From Hydrolagus colliei (Eukaryota): DNA of 64,000 nucleotides. This document shows, in pieces, positions 1 to 12,899 of this stretch. Where the stretch lies: assembly GCA_035084275.1 (NCBI GenBank), contig CM068765.1, positions 3,596,001 to 3,660,000 of the forward strand, written 5' to 3'. Numbering within the stretch: position 1 is the stretch's first letter; each line of letters begins with the position of its first letter. Both the position numbers and the translations under genes were made by a program. The notes beneath the pieces are model-generated. The model did not search any database, was not told the origin of the DNA, and was given only the letters and a program-made list of their open reading frames with translations.

Positions 1-5
1 TCCAG

Positions 6-1298
6 GTCTGTGGTTATGCCTTGATGAAACAATATCAGATGCAGTTCTGGAAGAAAATTCACCTGATCAAGGATCATTACTTCGCTAGGTATGGAGCTAG
101 CAAACAGTGATCTTATGGTCATAGTCTAGACACACTTTATTTATGTCTCAGCAAATATCTCCATTTGAATTGTTTTAAACCATTTTCTTAGCGGAGAGAA
201 AGTAATATGCTCAACATCAATACCTCATGTTGAGTTCCCTGCAGGAAAGACCTGCTAACTCAGCCTCACAACAGTTGGATTGTGTGGAGGCAGAAACATA
301 TTGATGCAATAGTTTCACTTTGATAATGATTTTGTTTTCTTACAGAATTGAATCCGTGACAGGGTCTGGGCAGATGGGGGCTGTAATCAGGTTGCGTCAG
401 TTCTTGGAGGTAAGTAAGCCATGTAGCCACTTGTGTGTCCACCTTAATTCTTGCACAACCCGCGGCGGGGGAAGGTTAAACACGATGAATCTGATTCCCA
501 ACGATAGTGTTTGCCATTGATTTTGAAATACACTTTGATGCAATTTATATATGCAATGTTAAGTCCACCCTGTCAGGCTAAAATTATAAGTGACGTGTGA
601 TGGTCCTCTACCTCTGCTCTTGTCCCCCACCCTCGCTTTCTTGGGTTTCCACTCCAGAAATAACAATGAAAGTGAACACAGATGAGAATCGGTGAAAGTG
701 GCAATTTGGTATTGCTCTAGTACTGCAGAAGACCATTCCTCCTTATCAGCCTTTACTTACACAATGGTTCAATGGTTTTTGAGTGTGGGGGCAAGGACAG
801 AAGTTCTAAACTAAATTCCATCTATACAAAGTATGTTAATAATTGGACCTTATTTAATGTATGTGTTTGCTAGATTGGAGAGCCAGCACTGGCCTGGTGG
901 TCTGAATGGGCTCTGAGACACTGCCCAGCGTGAGGGGCGCTGTATAAATAATAATAATAATCCTTGCATTTGATATGGCTCTTTTCACGTCTTCTAGACG
1001 AATCCAAGCGCTTCACAGATATACTGTAAAGTGAATTGACCATATATTTGTGGGCGAAACGCTGCAGCCAATTGTGCACAGCTGAGTCCCACAAACAGTC
1101 ATGGATTGAAATATTGTTCCATGTATGCTGTAAATTTCTTTGATTCTTTGATTCCATTAAATAAGATTTGTTCTCGGAAGCGTGCCAACATTGGAATTCC
1201 TGTTGACTTCTCCTGATTTTCCGTTGCAGAAGTGCCTGGAGCGCCGAGAAATTCCTTTACCAAAGGGTTACTTGCAGCCCTCGTTCTGGAGACAATGA
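6..1298 (+). CDS. GLE1: mRNA export factor GLE1, 3'-terminal part: join(6..88,346..409,1230..1298)
   Basis: Three exons with AG/GT boundaries translate to [71 protein letters not shown]. This matches the vertebrate GLE1(B) C-terminus, and GLE1-SPTAN1-WDR34 is the known vertebrate gene order. Confidence 0.95.
949..1112 (-). mobile_element. 5'-truncated tRNA-derived SINE with L2-type tail, tail-to-tail with a short L2 3' fragment (~905-948, +)
   Basis: Reverse complement of the family 3' end CTGTGAAGCGCTTTGAGAC...GTGAAAAGCGCTATATCAAATGCAAGGA(TTA)n. Confidence 0.85.
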
Positions 1299-4200
1299 TC
1301 CGACAAACGCATTACTATTAAATGGGAGCTGCTACTTCATTTTCTACTGACATTAAGAACAATGTTTTAGGTGTGAGGAACGTTGGATTCATGGAAGACA
1401 GCGATGTTTGGTTTTAACTGTGGTGTATGCTGATTTTAAGCTTTGTGCTGTTCCAGTCTTTTTTTGTTTTAAGGTTCAGCACTGGCTGTGTCAGCATGTT
1501 ATTTTAAATGGTAAGAGCCCGAAAATGAACCTCGTCTATTTATTGTAAACCGGGTTAATTTAGCTGTATATCTATTTTTGTGCAAATCAGTTTATAAACC
1601 CTAATCAAACCGCATTTAAATATTGGTCTGGGAAAGAAGCCAGGCCCCAGTGCTGGCCAGAACTGATCTCAGTCTTTAGATTTTCCACAAAAGATGCACA
1701 GTGCGGAATTAATGCACTCAAAAAAACTTAACTAAATTATTGTAGACTAGTATTTCTTATGTTATACCAGGCTATTTCTTATTTCTTATGCAAAAGTAAA
1801 CCGATTAACTATTTTTTTAAGGATGTTTTGAACAAAGATTGTGCAGGTTATACGGAAATGATTATGTGACAGTGTGTGATATAGATGGACTTATAATGTG
1901 ACGGTGTCTCCACGTGACACTAGTAATTGGGATCGCCATTCTACATTCAGTACCTCGAGCTATAGGTGGCTATTTGTGTTTCTGAGAAGTTTTTCAAAAT
2001 TAAATGTGCACTGTGTATGACTTTTTGCACCCTGAGTTCGACATGAAAATGTGTGTTGTGTGTGGAAAAAAAATAACGCTGTACTCCTGACTGGAATATG
2101 TGTTATTATTGTAAAGTTGTCAAAAGCTATCAAATTAATTGACTGCATTCTGATTCTAACTATTTGAACGTGCGTTGATTTGTCTGGTGATTGATGGTGG
2201 TAGTGGTGATGGGGGTGTGATGGGGGAGAAAGAGATGTGAATTGGAAAACAAAATCCTGAAAGAAGAACAAGGTGTCGGAACACAAGTATTCGAAAGAGA
2301 AAGGTAGGCTGCCGTGTCGGGTGTGACCTTAAATGCTAACCTAATTTATGAAATGTTCATTTCTCAATCAGTTGTAGTCTCACTTGGCCGACAAATGAGT
2401 GTACCACTTAATAGTGGCATTTGTTAACTTTCTCTGAAGAAGGAAATCTAGGCCGCATGCTTCCTCTCATCAGTGAAGTGTCTAAGCCTGACTGACGCTG
2501 TGCGCACACAATGGGATTTCCCCATGACAGGTGCATGTTTGCAAGATTTATGCATCAGGGGAGCTTCAATCCCCAAGTGTATTGTACTTGCTTTCCTTAG
2601 TGATCTTTTATTTTATACCTGTAACTGCAGATTGGTTTCTTAAATATCTAATATATGTATTGCATGTTAACTGTGCAGCGATGGCTAAGAAGCTGGACTT
2701 TCAGAAAAATAGAAGTTGTATCCTGTGATGGCTAATTTGAGGTGGATTTTTGTTTAGTGGTGTGGCACCAATCTCAGTCACTATGGGAATTCTGCGGATG
2801 GTTGTAATATGTTTGACAAACTTTCTTGGTCTGTGTTCAGGCTGAAAACTTAATATATGCACACCAATTAAATTTAATCCTAACCGAGGATACATCAAAG
2901 CATTTTCTCATCTACGTTGAAATAAACGACATGGAATAGTGAGATATCATAGTTTTAAAGTAGATAACATGGTGCAAAAGTGATTAGTGCATATCTTATT
3001 AGCTCAGCATACTTGCAGTAACGGGAACTCATTAATAGCGCGTATTAATAGCACTAAATCTATTCTCAGCTCAGAAACTTACCAATTAAGTAAAGATTGA
3101 AGAATTTGAAAAGGAAAATCAAAGGTTGTCACAACTATGTCTTTAATGGGAATTGTCAACAAAGCTGGAAGGTGACCTAAAATTTTCAATAGAAGTGCAA
3201 ATTGTCATTTTTGGTTTCCCCAAATGTTAATTGCCAGTTGATATAACCTTTAAAGATTAGCAATCACATAATACAGTTTTCTTGAATTTTATCCAGAGGT
3301 TGTAAAGTATTAGAATAATTCGTACACACTGTATTTTTTGCAAGATTACTCAAATTATAGATTCAGATTGAAATCTGGTTCCGCCTTGTCAAACCAGATT
3401 GGTACCTGGGTTCACTTGAGTTTGTTTTTCTTTCTAAAAGTGTCTCCCAAGCCGGAAGTGATGAAGAAAACGGCACATATATGCAAATGTAGTGACCCAT
3501 TTAGGTCTGCCTCATAGCCATCTATTCTACATTGTAGATTGCTTTCAGAGTTTGACCTGACTGCAAGAGACTCTAGCCCCAACCAAGCAAGTCATGTGTA
3601 AACCAGATACTTCTGATACGAGCCTCGTACAGAATGTGAGCAGGTAATGGTTTAGTTAGTGTGACCAGAGATACTCGAGCCTGAAATGTAGGTGAACAAG
3701 TCAGTGTCTCTGTTTCCCCTCATCCCTTCCCCCAAACCAACACAATGTCCCCATTACACAGTTCTAAATCTTAGCTATGTTGATTTCTGTGGCTATTAGT
3801 TGAAGCAGGTCACTTGCTCTTTCAGCTGTGAGAATGGAAAGGAAGAAAATAATTATATTGTGGGGAGAAGGGGTGTTGACTTTTTCCAAGAAAATTGTAG
3901 AAGATAATTTTAATTGCCTACGTTCAGTGCATTAAAAGGGTTTTTTTCTATCTATTTGGAAAAAAAATCTAGATTTTACTGCAAGGTTTCCAAATGTGTG
4001 TTGTGAATCCCTGAGTGGGTAGAAGAGAGTGGAGCAAAAACAGAAAAGAATAGCTAGGGACACATTGATCGAGAGCCACACAAACTGATGTCCTTCGATG
4101 GGACTGTGGAAAGGATATGGTCTCAAGTACATTTCCATAAAGAAGTGCTAGACAGAACTGAAGTAAGTGAATAAAGGACAGCAAGTTATTCTCATCCAAG

Positions 4201-4683
4201 AGGTGAGTCACTTTGCTGCACATACAGTATTTAATTCAAATTCTCTCTGGCTCTCTCCAACAATGGAAACTCATACACTTAAGACAGTAATTGCTGAACA
4301 ATTGCCAGGCATGGAATAAATGCTTTTGCCAAAAGTGGTTGCCAGAGCACAGAGAATGTGGTCTCTCTGCAGCCTTTTGGTGCAGTGTGCAACATTCACT
4401 GGAAAACAAAATCTTTTCTGTGCAAATTGACCCCCCCCCCCCCCCCCCCATGTCTGGATAACATCGGCGAGAGGGAGTATGTAGATGAGGAATGAAGGGG
4501 AGCCAGGGATGGAGCCTTGGTGACCAGGAGGGGTGGAGGATAAACCACTTCCTAAGATGTTTTTCCCAAAAATACATATTTTATCCATTTTACAGGATAT
4601 TCTGTGAAGCACTTTGAGATGTGATGAAGTGCTAAATACAACTCGTAGAGTCCGGTAACTGATGTGTCTGTGACTTATTCTAT

Positions 4684-4835
4684 ATTCAAGACTGAGATTG
4701 ATAGATTTTTTATGGATAGGGGGATTAAGGGATATGGGGATAATGTGGGCAGATGGTTAGATTAGAAGATCTACCATGATATTATTAAATGGCAAGGCAG
4801 GCTTGAGGGGCCAAATGGCTTACTCCTACTCCACA
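4684..4835 (+). mobile_element. CR1-type LINE 3' fragment
   Basis: FKTEIDRF-like ORF2 end followed by the 3'UTR ...GGCTTGAGGGGCCAAATGGCTTACTCCTACTCC, which is similar to the copies at 14640, 37410 and 56115. Confidence 0.75.
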
Positions 4836-5160
4836 TTAGGTCTTGGGATGTCCTCCTGATGTGAAAGGTGCTATATAAGTGTGATTTTGTTGTTGACACA
4901 TCTTCAGATGCAAAGACTTTTACTATTATTATGTTGCGTCAAATAGGTAGCAGAGTGTCCAGTTTAGTTCAATGAACTTGTAAGTTCACTATAAGAAAAA
5001 AACTGTAAGAAACTGTAAGACGCCTTCAAAGGAATTTTAAAAAATTGCAGGTTTAAATTTAAAAAAATTAAATTTAGGCACAGAAATTTAAACAAATACA
5101 TGATACAGTATAAGGACAGTCAATTCACTTTGAAGTATATTCTGTGAACCGTTTTGAAAT

Positions 5161-5346
5161 GACTCCCTTCGCCTCGCCCCCCCTCTCTTCCCAGTTTCAG
5201 GTCACAGCTAAAGACCTTTCTCTTCGATCGCGCATTTGGTAACCTTTCTACTCCTGTCCTTGACTGGTCCTGGGATCCGCTACTGTGAAGTGCTCTGAGA
5301 CGCCGTCCGGCGTGGAGGGTGCTATATAAGTCAAAGTTGTTGTTGT
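5161..5346 (+). mobile_element. L2-clade LINE 3' end, embedded among SINE tail fragments (~5095-5530)
   Basis: Reads FRSQLKTFLFDRAF (an L2 ORF2 C-terminal motif), then a terminal stem-loop GTGCTCTGAGAC...GGGTGCTATATAA and a (GTT)n tail. Confidence 0.75.
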
Positions 5347-5553
5347 TTTCTAGAAGACGTGATAAGGTGCTATATCAAATGCAAGGATTATTAAGGATAT
5401 GATAAGGACATTCACTCATAAATATACAGTCAATTCACTTTACAGTATATTCTGTGAAGCGCTTTGAGACATCTTTAAACAAAAGTGAAAAATTTATCAA
5501 ATGCAAGGATTATTATTTTATTATTATTATCATGATCCCAATCTGGCAACATT

Positions 5554-5853
5554 GGAGTCCTGTAGCTCAGTGATTAGAGCACTCGCCTTATAAGTATGAG
5601 ACCTGTGTTCAAATCCAGGCAGGTCCCTCCTAATAATAATCCTTAAAAAAAACACAATAATAAAATTGGTAATTTCAACCCACGGCTGTTTGTGGGGACG
5701 CTGCTGTGTGTAATCGGCTGCCGCGTTTTGCCCACAGATATACAGCCTATTCACTTTACAGTATACTCTGTGAAGCGCTTTGAGACACGGTCTAGAAAAT
5801 CGTGCTGCATATCGCGCTACATCAAATGCAAGGATTATTATTTTATTATTATC
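5554..5853 (+). mobile_element. Near full-length tRNA-derived SINE with a 16-bp target-site duplication
   Basis: A box TAGCTCAGTGA, B box GTTCAAATCC and (TTA)n tail. CAATCTGGCAACATTG occurs at both 5539-5554 and 5855-5870. Confidence 0.92.
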
Positions 5854-5859
5854 TCAATC

Positions 5860-6097
5860 TGGCAACATTGAGTGGCGGAAAATGCCGAGGCCGCTCGAGA
5901 ACTCGGTGCCGAAAATTGCCGAAGCCGCTGGCGGGGGGGGGGGGGGGGAGGGGGGCTACTCGGTTGGCGGAAATTGCCGAAGTGGATTCGGATGGCTGCG
6001 GAGGGTGACATCACCGCGGCAGTCAGTGAAAAGGGGCCGAGGCGACAGTGGACCCGGAGAGTCTGCGGCGGGAGAGCGAAGCTACTGCAGCCTTTGG
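5860..6097 (+). promoter_or_regulatory. SPTAN1: CpG-rich SPTAN1 promoter and probable non-coding first exon (donor TGG|GTAGGT after 6097)
   Basis: This is the main CpG/GC-dense island between GLE1 and the ATG exon, and it ends in a good donor. The ATG exon has an acceptor only 3 nt before the ATG (exon starts at 14122), so an upstream exon is required. The TSS cannot be determined. Confidence 0.7.
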
Positions 6098-7281
6098 GTA
6101 GGTGCTAAACACTGAGACACACACACACACACTGGCGGGCAGGCAGGCAGGCAGGCAGGCACACTAACCGGCTCGCTCAGCGAATAATACATTTAAAATT
6201 ATAGTTGAAACCTGTAGTAAAGCTACAATCTCATTGCATATTTTGCATTGCCTGAGTGGGGGTGGAGGGAAAGGTATTAATGTCACCTTCAATTAACCGG
6301 TGAGGGGAACTCTTAATTGTACAGTAACTGTGATTGTCTGTGACTTCTTTATCTATATATATATATAGATATATATATATGTGTGTGTGTATATGTCATC
6401 GCGCAATTTTGAATAGGTTTCTGTGGGGGGTGGGGCGAGAGGAGACAGAAAGAAGATGTAAAGGAGAGAAAAGAAAATGTTTTTTTTTAAATTACATAGA
6501 AAGAATAATAATCATACAGATGTGTGTGTGTGTGTGTATATATATGGAAAAAATAATGTTCGTTTGTCGGGGCGTTGACGCCCAGCTACACTGGGGAGAG
6601 AGGAGAGGGAGGGAGGGAGTTTGAGGGAATGTTTTTGTTAACGGGTTTAATAAAATTCATGATAAAACGTTTTAAACCTGAAACGACAGGTTGGGATTTG
6701 TATTTATATATATATATATTTTTAAACCCCCCCCCCAGTAAAGCCTGATCTTTTTTGTTGTCTTGTTTTCCTCAACCGTCAGGTTGGTGGTGAATGGTAT
6801 CGAGGCCACTGTAGCTGGGCGGGTTTTCTGATTTGACCGTCGATATCAATCGATATTAAAATATATTTATAGATATATACCGTGTGTGTGTTTGTGTAAG
6901 AGAAGGAAGCAGTCAGTCGGGTCCTCTCTCTCTCTCTCTCCCTCCCTCTCTCCTGTCTGGTGTGTGTGTGTGTGTGTTTTCGTCGACCACAACCAGCCTT
7001 AAAATGGCTGCGGGGGTTGGGTTTTCTTGCGGCTCTGACCGCAGCAAGGTCAGTCAGGGAGCCCCAAATACACTATATATTTTATATTATATATAATATT
7101 ATATATACATATGGTACATCAGTCAATGCTTCAGCGCATTCCCGAGAGAAAATGTCTTTTGTGTTGGGTGGAGAGGTTTGGTGGGAGGGAAAAAATTACT
7201 TGGGTGTTTTCCTTTGGATTTCTTTGGGAGAAGGAAGGTGGTAGGAGATAAATAATAATATTAAAAAATAGATTAGCGATA

Positions 7282-7410
7282 ATAATCATCGCGTTTTGAT
7301 GCAGCGCCTCTTCACGCCTTCTAGGCGTCTCGAAAGCGCCTCACGGAATGGACCGTGGAGTGAACTGACTGTGTGTGTGGGCGAAACGACCGTATAATTG
7401 TGGGCGAAAA
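7282..7410 (-). mobile_element. Diverged SINE 3' fragment
   Basis: Reverse match to the family tail and to the TGTGGGCGAAA segment. Confidence 0.65.
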
Positions 7411-10219
7411 GATAGATAGGATAGATAGATGGTGGTGGCAATGCGTCAACTGAACCTTTTCCTCCCTTCCTTTTCCTCGTTCCCTCAATCCACACACAGA
7501 ATTATAACTCCAGAATTTGTCCGGATTCTCCCACGGGGTTTGGGGAAAAAGGCAGCTTGGCTAATAAACAGCTGTTGTGTACATTATAGAGTGTTTTTGC
7601 ATTATTAGGTAGGAATGTTTTTTACTGCAACAGTTTGCACATAGTGTTTGTGTAAGAAACAATCATTTGTTCAGTTGGAAGGTGACGATTTGCCTATGAA
7701 GGAGTTGTGTGGGGGGGTGCGGAATCCAATCAGAATTAGTTTGTTCTTTATTGATTAGATTTCATTTTTCTAAACCAACGTAAATTGAGCTTTATGATTT
7801 CAATGACTTTAAAGACCCCCTTTTGTGAAGGGAATAATAATCAATGCAAATGCCAGGCTACAGAAATCTGACCGAACAAGGATGCTGAAAATGGTGACCG
7901 TTTGTAGACTTTTTCAGCGGGTTATTCAAAATATTGCAAGTTTATGTGGGTGGGTGGCGGGGGGGGGGGGGGTGGAGAACAATCTGAATGTAGATTAATG
8001 AAAGGGTACTTAAAAATGCAAAATAATAGACCAACCTCCCCCCCCTTCCAATATTATTGCTGATCCTTGGAAGATTCTAGCAACAGTTGCACAGAGCATT
8101 GGCGTTAGAGAAAGAAAAATCTTATTGATTGCGATTTCTCTGTAATATTTTATGCGTTGTGTTAGAAAATCCAATCTAAATCACGTTTTTATTGATTAAA
8201 TGCAATAATAAACCAGGTTGAAAAACAGAAACTTTATATTGTTCTTCACAAAAATTGAGAGCGATGGTAGGGTGGGGCAGTAGGTTCTAAGTTACAATGC
8301 AAATTGTAGGTTAGTAACAAAAATCCTTGTGCTGAATAGGCAGATATTTATTCATTATTTTATTTGCCCCCATTCCACGTTAAATAAGCAGCTTTTGGTG
8401 CTCAAAAGAGACAATGTCTTTTATAATATATGCTAATGACCTTTTCTCAGAATTTATGCATGAGTTGACTGATGTGATTTAATTATTGAACAAAACCCTT
8501 GTGGGTAGCAAATATTGACACAAACTATTTGGAGGCATGATTATTTGCAGAAGTAAAGGACATATTTTATACGGATCTGTTGACTGTAAAATAAATGGGT
8601 AATGCAAGATGTTACATCACACATTTGTATTCATTGTATTTAAATGTTTAAGCAGTTTGGATTTGTATAACATTAACTTGCATAACTGGAAAGAATTAGA
8701 AAAACATGGATACCATAAATTGCCTTGTTCTATTTAGTGTGTAAAGAAAATAAAAACATTATGTGGAGTGTTTTTTTAATATGAAAGTTGTGTTGCATGT
8801 GTAATCAAGTTATTATTACAAGTATGCAAGGAGTGAAATATTTTATATTTGGATAGGCATATCTAATGCAATGGAGAAAAACTCACAGGAACAAATACAT
8901 ATAGATGTTTGAAGAGGATAGCACAGTCAATAATGGTTGGAATTTATAATGAAATTGATATTTGAACATGGAGACTATAATTGGCCTTGTTTTTATATCA
9001 CAAAACAACGACATATAACAGAAATTGACTTCTGTTTTGCGTGTATAATTATTTTTTAAAAAGGGGAAGGGTTATCGTGGAAGGATTTTAGAGTGATTTT
9101 TATGGAGGAATATTTATTCTAATTAGCAGTCTGAAAGATAGTGACTCAAGAGATTGGATGAGGGCTGTATTTTAAAAGCAAATTTAATGAGGGCTGGAAG
9201 AGAATACTGCAGTAAACCTATTAGGTGTACTGCACCAATGGAAAATTGGGCAGTGCCCAACAAGGTCAGTGTAACGTTAGTTTTTATAATTAAGCTGTTG
9301 GAAAATAATCATTCCTTTTAAAAAAAACATTTTAAAGATACAAATGCAGATTTTTTTTAAATGCATGTAATTTATAATTTAGAGTTTAAACATGAGTAGA
9401 CTGGATTAGACGCAGGGGAGCCAGCCAGCCGGCCCCTGGAATCTCATTGTGAATTTTGATGCGTTTGAAACTTAAAAATGTGAGGAAGAGGTTAATAAAA
9501 CTCTTTATATAAAAGCAATTTGGTTCTGTTTGGTGCACCTCATATTGTTTTTCGTGTGTAAGTGATGAACAGCAAACTTGCGCCTGGAAACTAAGCCACC
9601 AGTGTGGAAACAACAGTTAATTGTATCACATTTGCAAAACGGTCTTTTTGCAGCACAGAAGCTGGAAGCTGTCTTTGTATAGATTCAATGCTTTTTGTGA
9701 AGTATTGTGCTCTTATTTAGTGTATTTAAATGTGATATAAAATAGTACCTGATTTATTAAACAGAGGGCATCGTCCAACATGTTGTCGTCATTCCGCAAA
9801 ACCAAGTTGCAGGTATTTTGTATGTGTGGTGCGTGTGCAATGCAGTCGGCTGCATTTTCACGTTGATGTGTACTTCTTCTGCATATTAATAGGAATGTTT
9901 TTGGTCGTGTGATTACTGTGTGGTGATGCATGGCTGCATGTTTGACAATGTTTCATTTTCATGAACTGTGACTGATTTAGATCGTGGTTTGGAGCAACAA
10001 TTTAATGTCTGGCAAGCTCATAAATAGTTATGTAAGTTATTATTATCATACTACCCTTTGGAGTTTAATCACACCAGAGTAACATTAGATATTTTACTGT
10101 ACAGTAGTGCTACCCCTTTTATAGCGTAATTCTTTGAGCCCTCGCCTGTCGTTTCTTGTAGACGCAGTTCTAATCAGCAGGAATCCTGTTGTCACTTTTT
10201 CTGTGTTGCGCATTCAGAT

Positions 10220-10395
10220 AAATTGGTTGTTTCAATCCACGACTGTTTGTGGGGGACGCCGCTGTGCGCAATTGTCTGCCGGGTTTCGCCCACAAATATC
10301 CGGTCACTTTACAGTATATTGTGTGAAGTGCTTTTTAGAGGTGTCTAGAAGACGTGAAAAGCGCTCTACCAAAATGCAAGCATTATTATTATTAT
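10220..10395 (+). mobile_element. SINE 3' half
   Basis: AATTGGT..TTTCAATCCACGACTGTTTGTGGG...GTGAAAAGCGCT...(TTA)n. Confidence 0.85.
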
Positions 10396-12544
10396 AGATA
10401 TCACTTTACAAAGTAGGTTGTGTGTATGTGGTGCTTCCTGTGTGTGCACACATGTGCAGGAAGTATCCTTGTGCCTACCCAATAACTTGCCAGATCACAG
10501 ACATTTTTTCCTACCTCACTCAACCACTGAGTCTTCGGTTCAGAGGATATACTGCAAAGTGGAGTGACTGTGTGTACCCTGCAGGCCAATGACGGTTCCT
10601 GAGAGGGTGAGGAGAAGAGGGTCAGGGCTTAACAAGGATATGGAATAGGACAAATATGAGCTATTGCTTTGTTTTTATTTATCGGGGGAAGGGGAATTGA
10701 AATTATTCTGCACCCTCAAAATGAAATCGGTGGAGCATCATTGGTAGGATAAACTGTAATATTCTGCGCAAGGAATGGTCAGCTAGCCTGGCTCACTTGG
10801 GTGAGAGTTCCTGACGAACCGGTAAGAGATACCGTCTTTAGGAGAGACATGTCTGAATATATTGATCGGGTTCATTCCGTGATTAAGAACCTCACTGTTG
10901 GTGAGTTTTTTTTTGTAAAAATGTTTGACCTGTCCTGGCTTTCTGAGCGCTTTCGTTTCTGGTGTTCAGTATTGGGTGGAACACCCGGCAAGCAGCTGTT
11001 TTCTTTTATCAGGTTGGGCCAGATTGCTTTGGGTGTGGACAATGATCTTTGTACTCTTCCCATAGGGTATTACTGCTGTTGGCCTATGGTAGCAAGTGGC
11101 AGTGTGAACAAACTGCATTGGAATGCAGCATTAATCTTTTGTATCAGTACGTGATCTACTTTTGACATTGAGGGCGAACGGTTGTGTGGACCGGACGGAG
11201 CGCACCACCCTCGCATCGGCAACTTAATTTGTGGTCCAAATTCAGTAATGTACCAGAAGTTAATTTTGTTTGTGTGTTTGGGGCGGAGTGTGTATGTGTG
11301 TTGGGGTGATGGGGGAAAGCAAGGATTGTGCCCCTTCTTATGCTCATCTGAAAGTCACACATGTTTCAAGCTGGATAACTGCAGCGCAGTGCAACCAGTT
11401 GTCCTGCGCTAACTATTGCCTCAATTCAGATCGACTAACTCAGCACAAGATTTGAACCTGCAATTTTCTGGTCTGTACTAGGCAATTGGACAAACGTGTT
11501 TTGTAAATGGGAATGGTGGGAGTAACAAAACTCTGCCTCTTGCATATTTTAACTAAAGCTAAATGCCCTTGTGTGTTTTTTTTATATTCTGGTAGATTTA
11601 TTTTGTCACATCTCTGCAGTAGCCAGTGCGGTAAAATACTGCTTACGTCAGCTGGTTCATGATAGAAATGTTGACTGAATGCAGCATTCGGACAGTTTCA
11701 ACACTTCAAATGAAAAAGATTCATTACTTAAACTATGGCAGATATAAAGCTTTTTTGTTTGCACTATACTGCTGTGTAGCATTAAACACCTAAAATAAAG
11801 AGGGTAACTAAGAAATATTTTAAGTTGCAAATGGGCAAATAATTAAGCTTTCAATAGATGATATAATGGAAGTTCATACCATGATTTGTTGGAATAAATA
11901 ATAGCCTCATCTGTCTAATCCTGACATAGAAACTTTTGGGACTGTTGGAATGTATCGCTGTCTCTCCAGAATAATCCAGAATTTTCCAGTTCGTATTAGG
12001 GTTGGGTAGGGAAATATTCTGGTTTGTTTAAGATGTGCTGAATGAGCCAATGGATGTAATAGATTGGTTGATGAAATTTGTTTTTTTTTATGAGGAATGA
12101 GGGTGGGTGGGTGAGTGCAGCTGTGTTTTTTAAGTCACAAAATGCTATCCTCGGTCTAGTGTGCATAGAATTTAGAACAGGGTGATTAATGTGATGCGTT
12201 AACATTTTTCAACTAGGCTTTGCTGTCATGAATGGATTCAGATAGAGGATTAGCATCAACAAAGCAGAGTGATTTTCTGTTGTGGTGGACACTAGATAAA
12301 AAGTGCTAGTTTGCTGAACATCTCAACCATAATAACAGCCTGATGATATATTCTGGAATGAGTTGAAACTGTAATGCTAGAGATTGTTGTCCAACACTTC
12401 TCCCCCTACCACACACTTAAATTAGCTTTCCTTCCTACATTTCGACAATGTTCGCATAGAGGATCAAAAATTGTGTGCAGAGTATTTAAGAAAATGGTTA
12501 GCATTGCTTTTATTAAATAGCTTCCTTCAAAAATAACTAAATAA

Positions 12545-12711
12545 TAAATTGGTCACTCAATCTACAACTATTTGTGGAACCCTTCTGTGCACAATTGGCA
12601 GCAGTGTTTCGCCCCTAAAATATGCTGTTAGTTTACAGTATATACTGTGGTGCGCTTTGAGACATCTCGAAGACATGAAGAGGTGCTATATCAAAGGCAA
12701 GGATTATTATA
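12545..12711 (+). mobile_element. SINE 3' half, diverged
   Basis: Same family body and tail. Confidence 0.8.
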
Positions 12712-12899
12712 GATACTCTTGACTAGCGCCGTTGCCTTCTAACTGTCATTGACCAAGGCATAGTGATGCAAGTTTTCTTTTACTGCTTTGTGAAAACATA
12801 ACCTGTTTGTTCACCGTGCCTAAATACTGAAATGAAATGTTTTGCATATTTGTCTTTTAGTGTTTGCTTCTAAGTTAGATTTTTTTTGGTGGAGAGACT

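Noticed and set aside
3451-3490. ETS-like CCGGAAGTG next to an octamer ATGCAAAT in the intergenic region
   Set aside because: Short motifs outside a CpG island; no snRNA or other gene is visible nearby.
5882-6097. Upstream ATG in frame with the SPTAN1 start through the exon 1 donor (72 codons)
   Set aside because: The frame depends on a G homopolymer of uncertain length, the peptide is low-complexity, and the ATG may lie upstream of the TSS.
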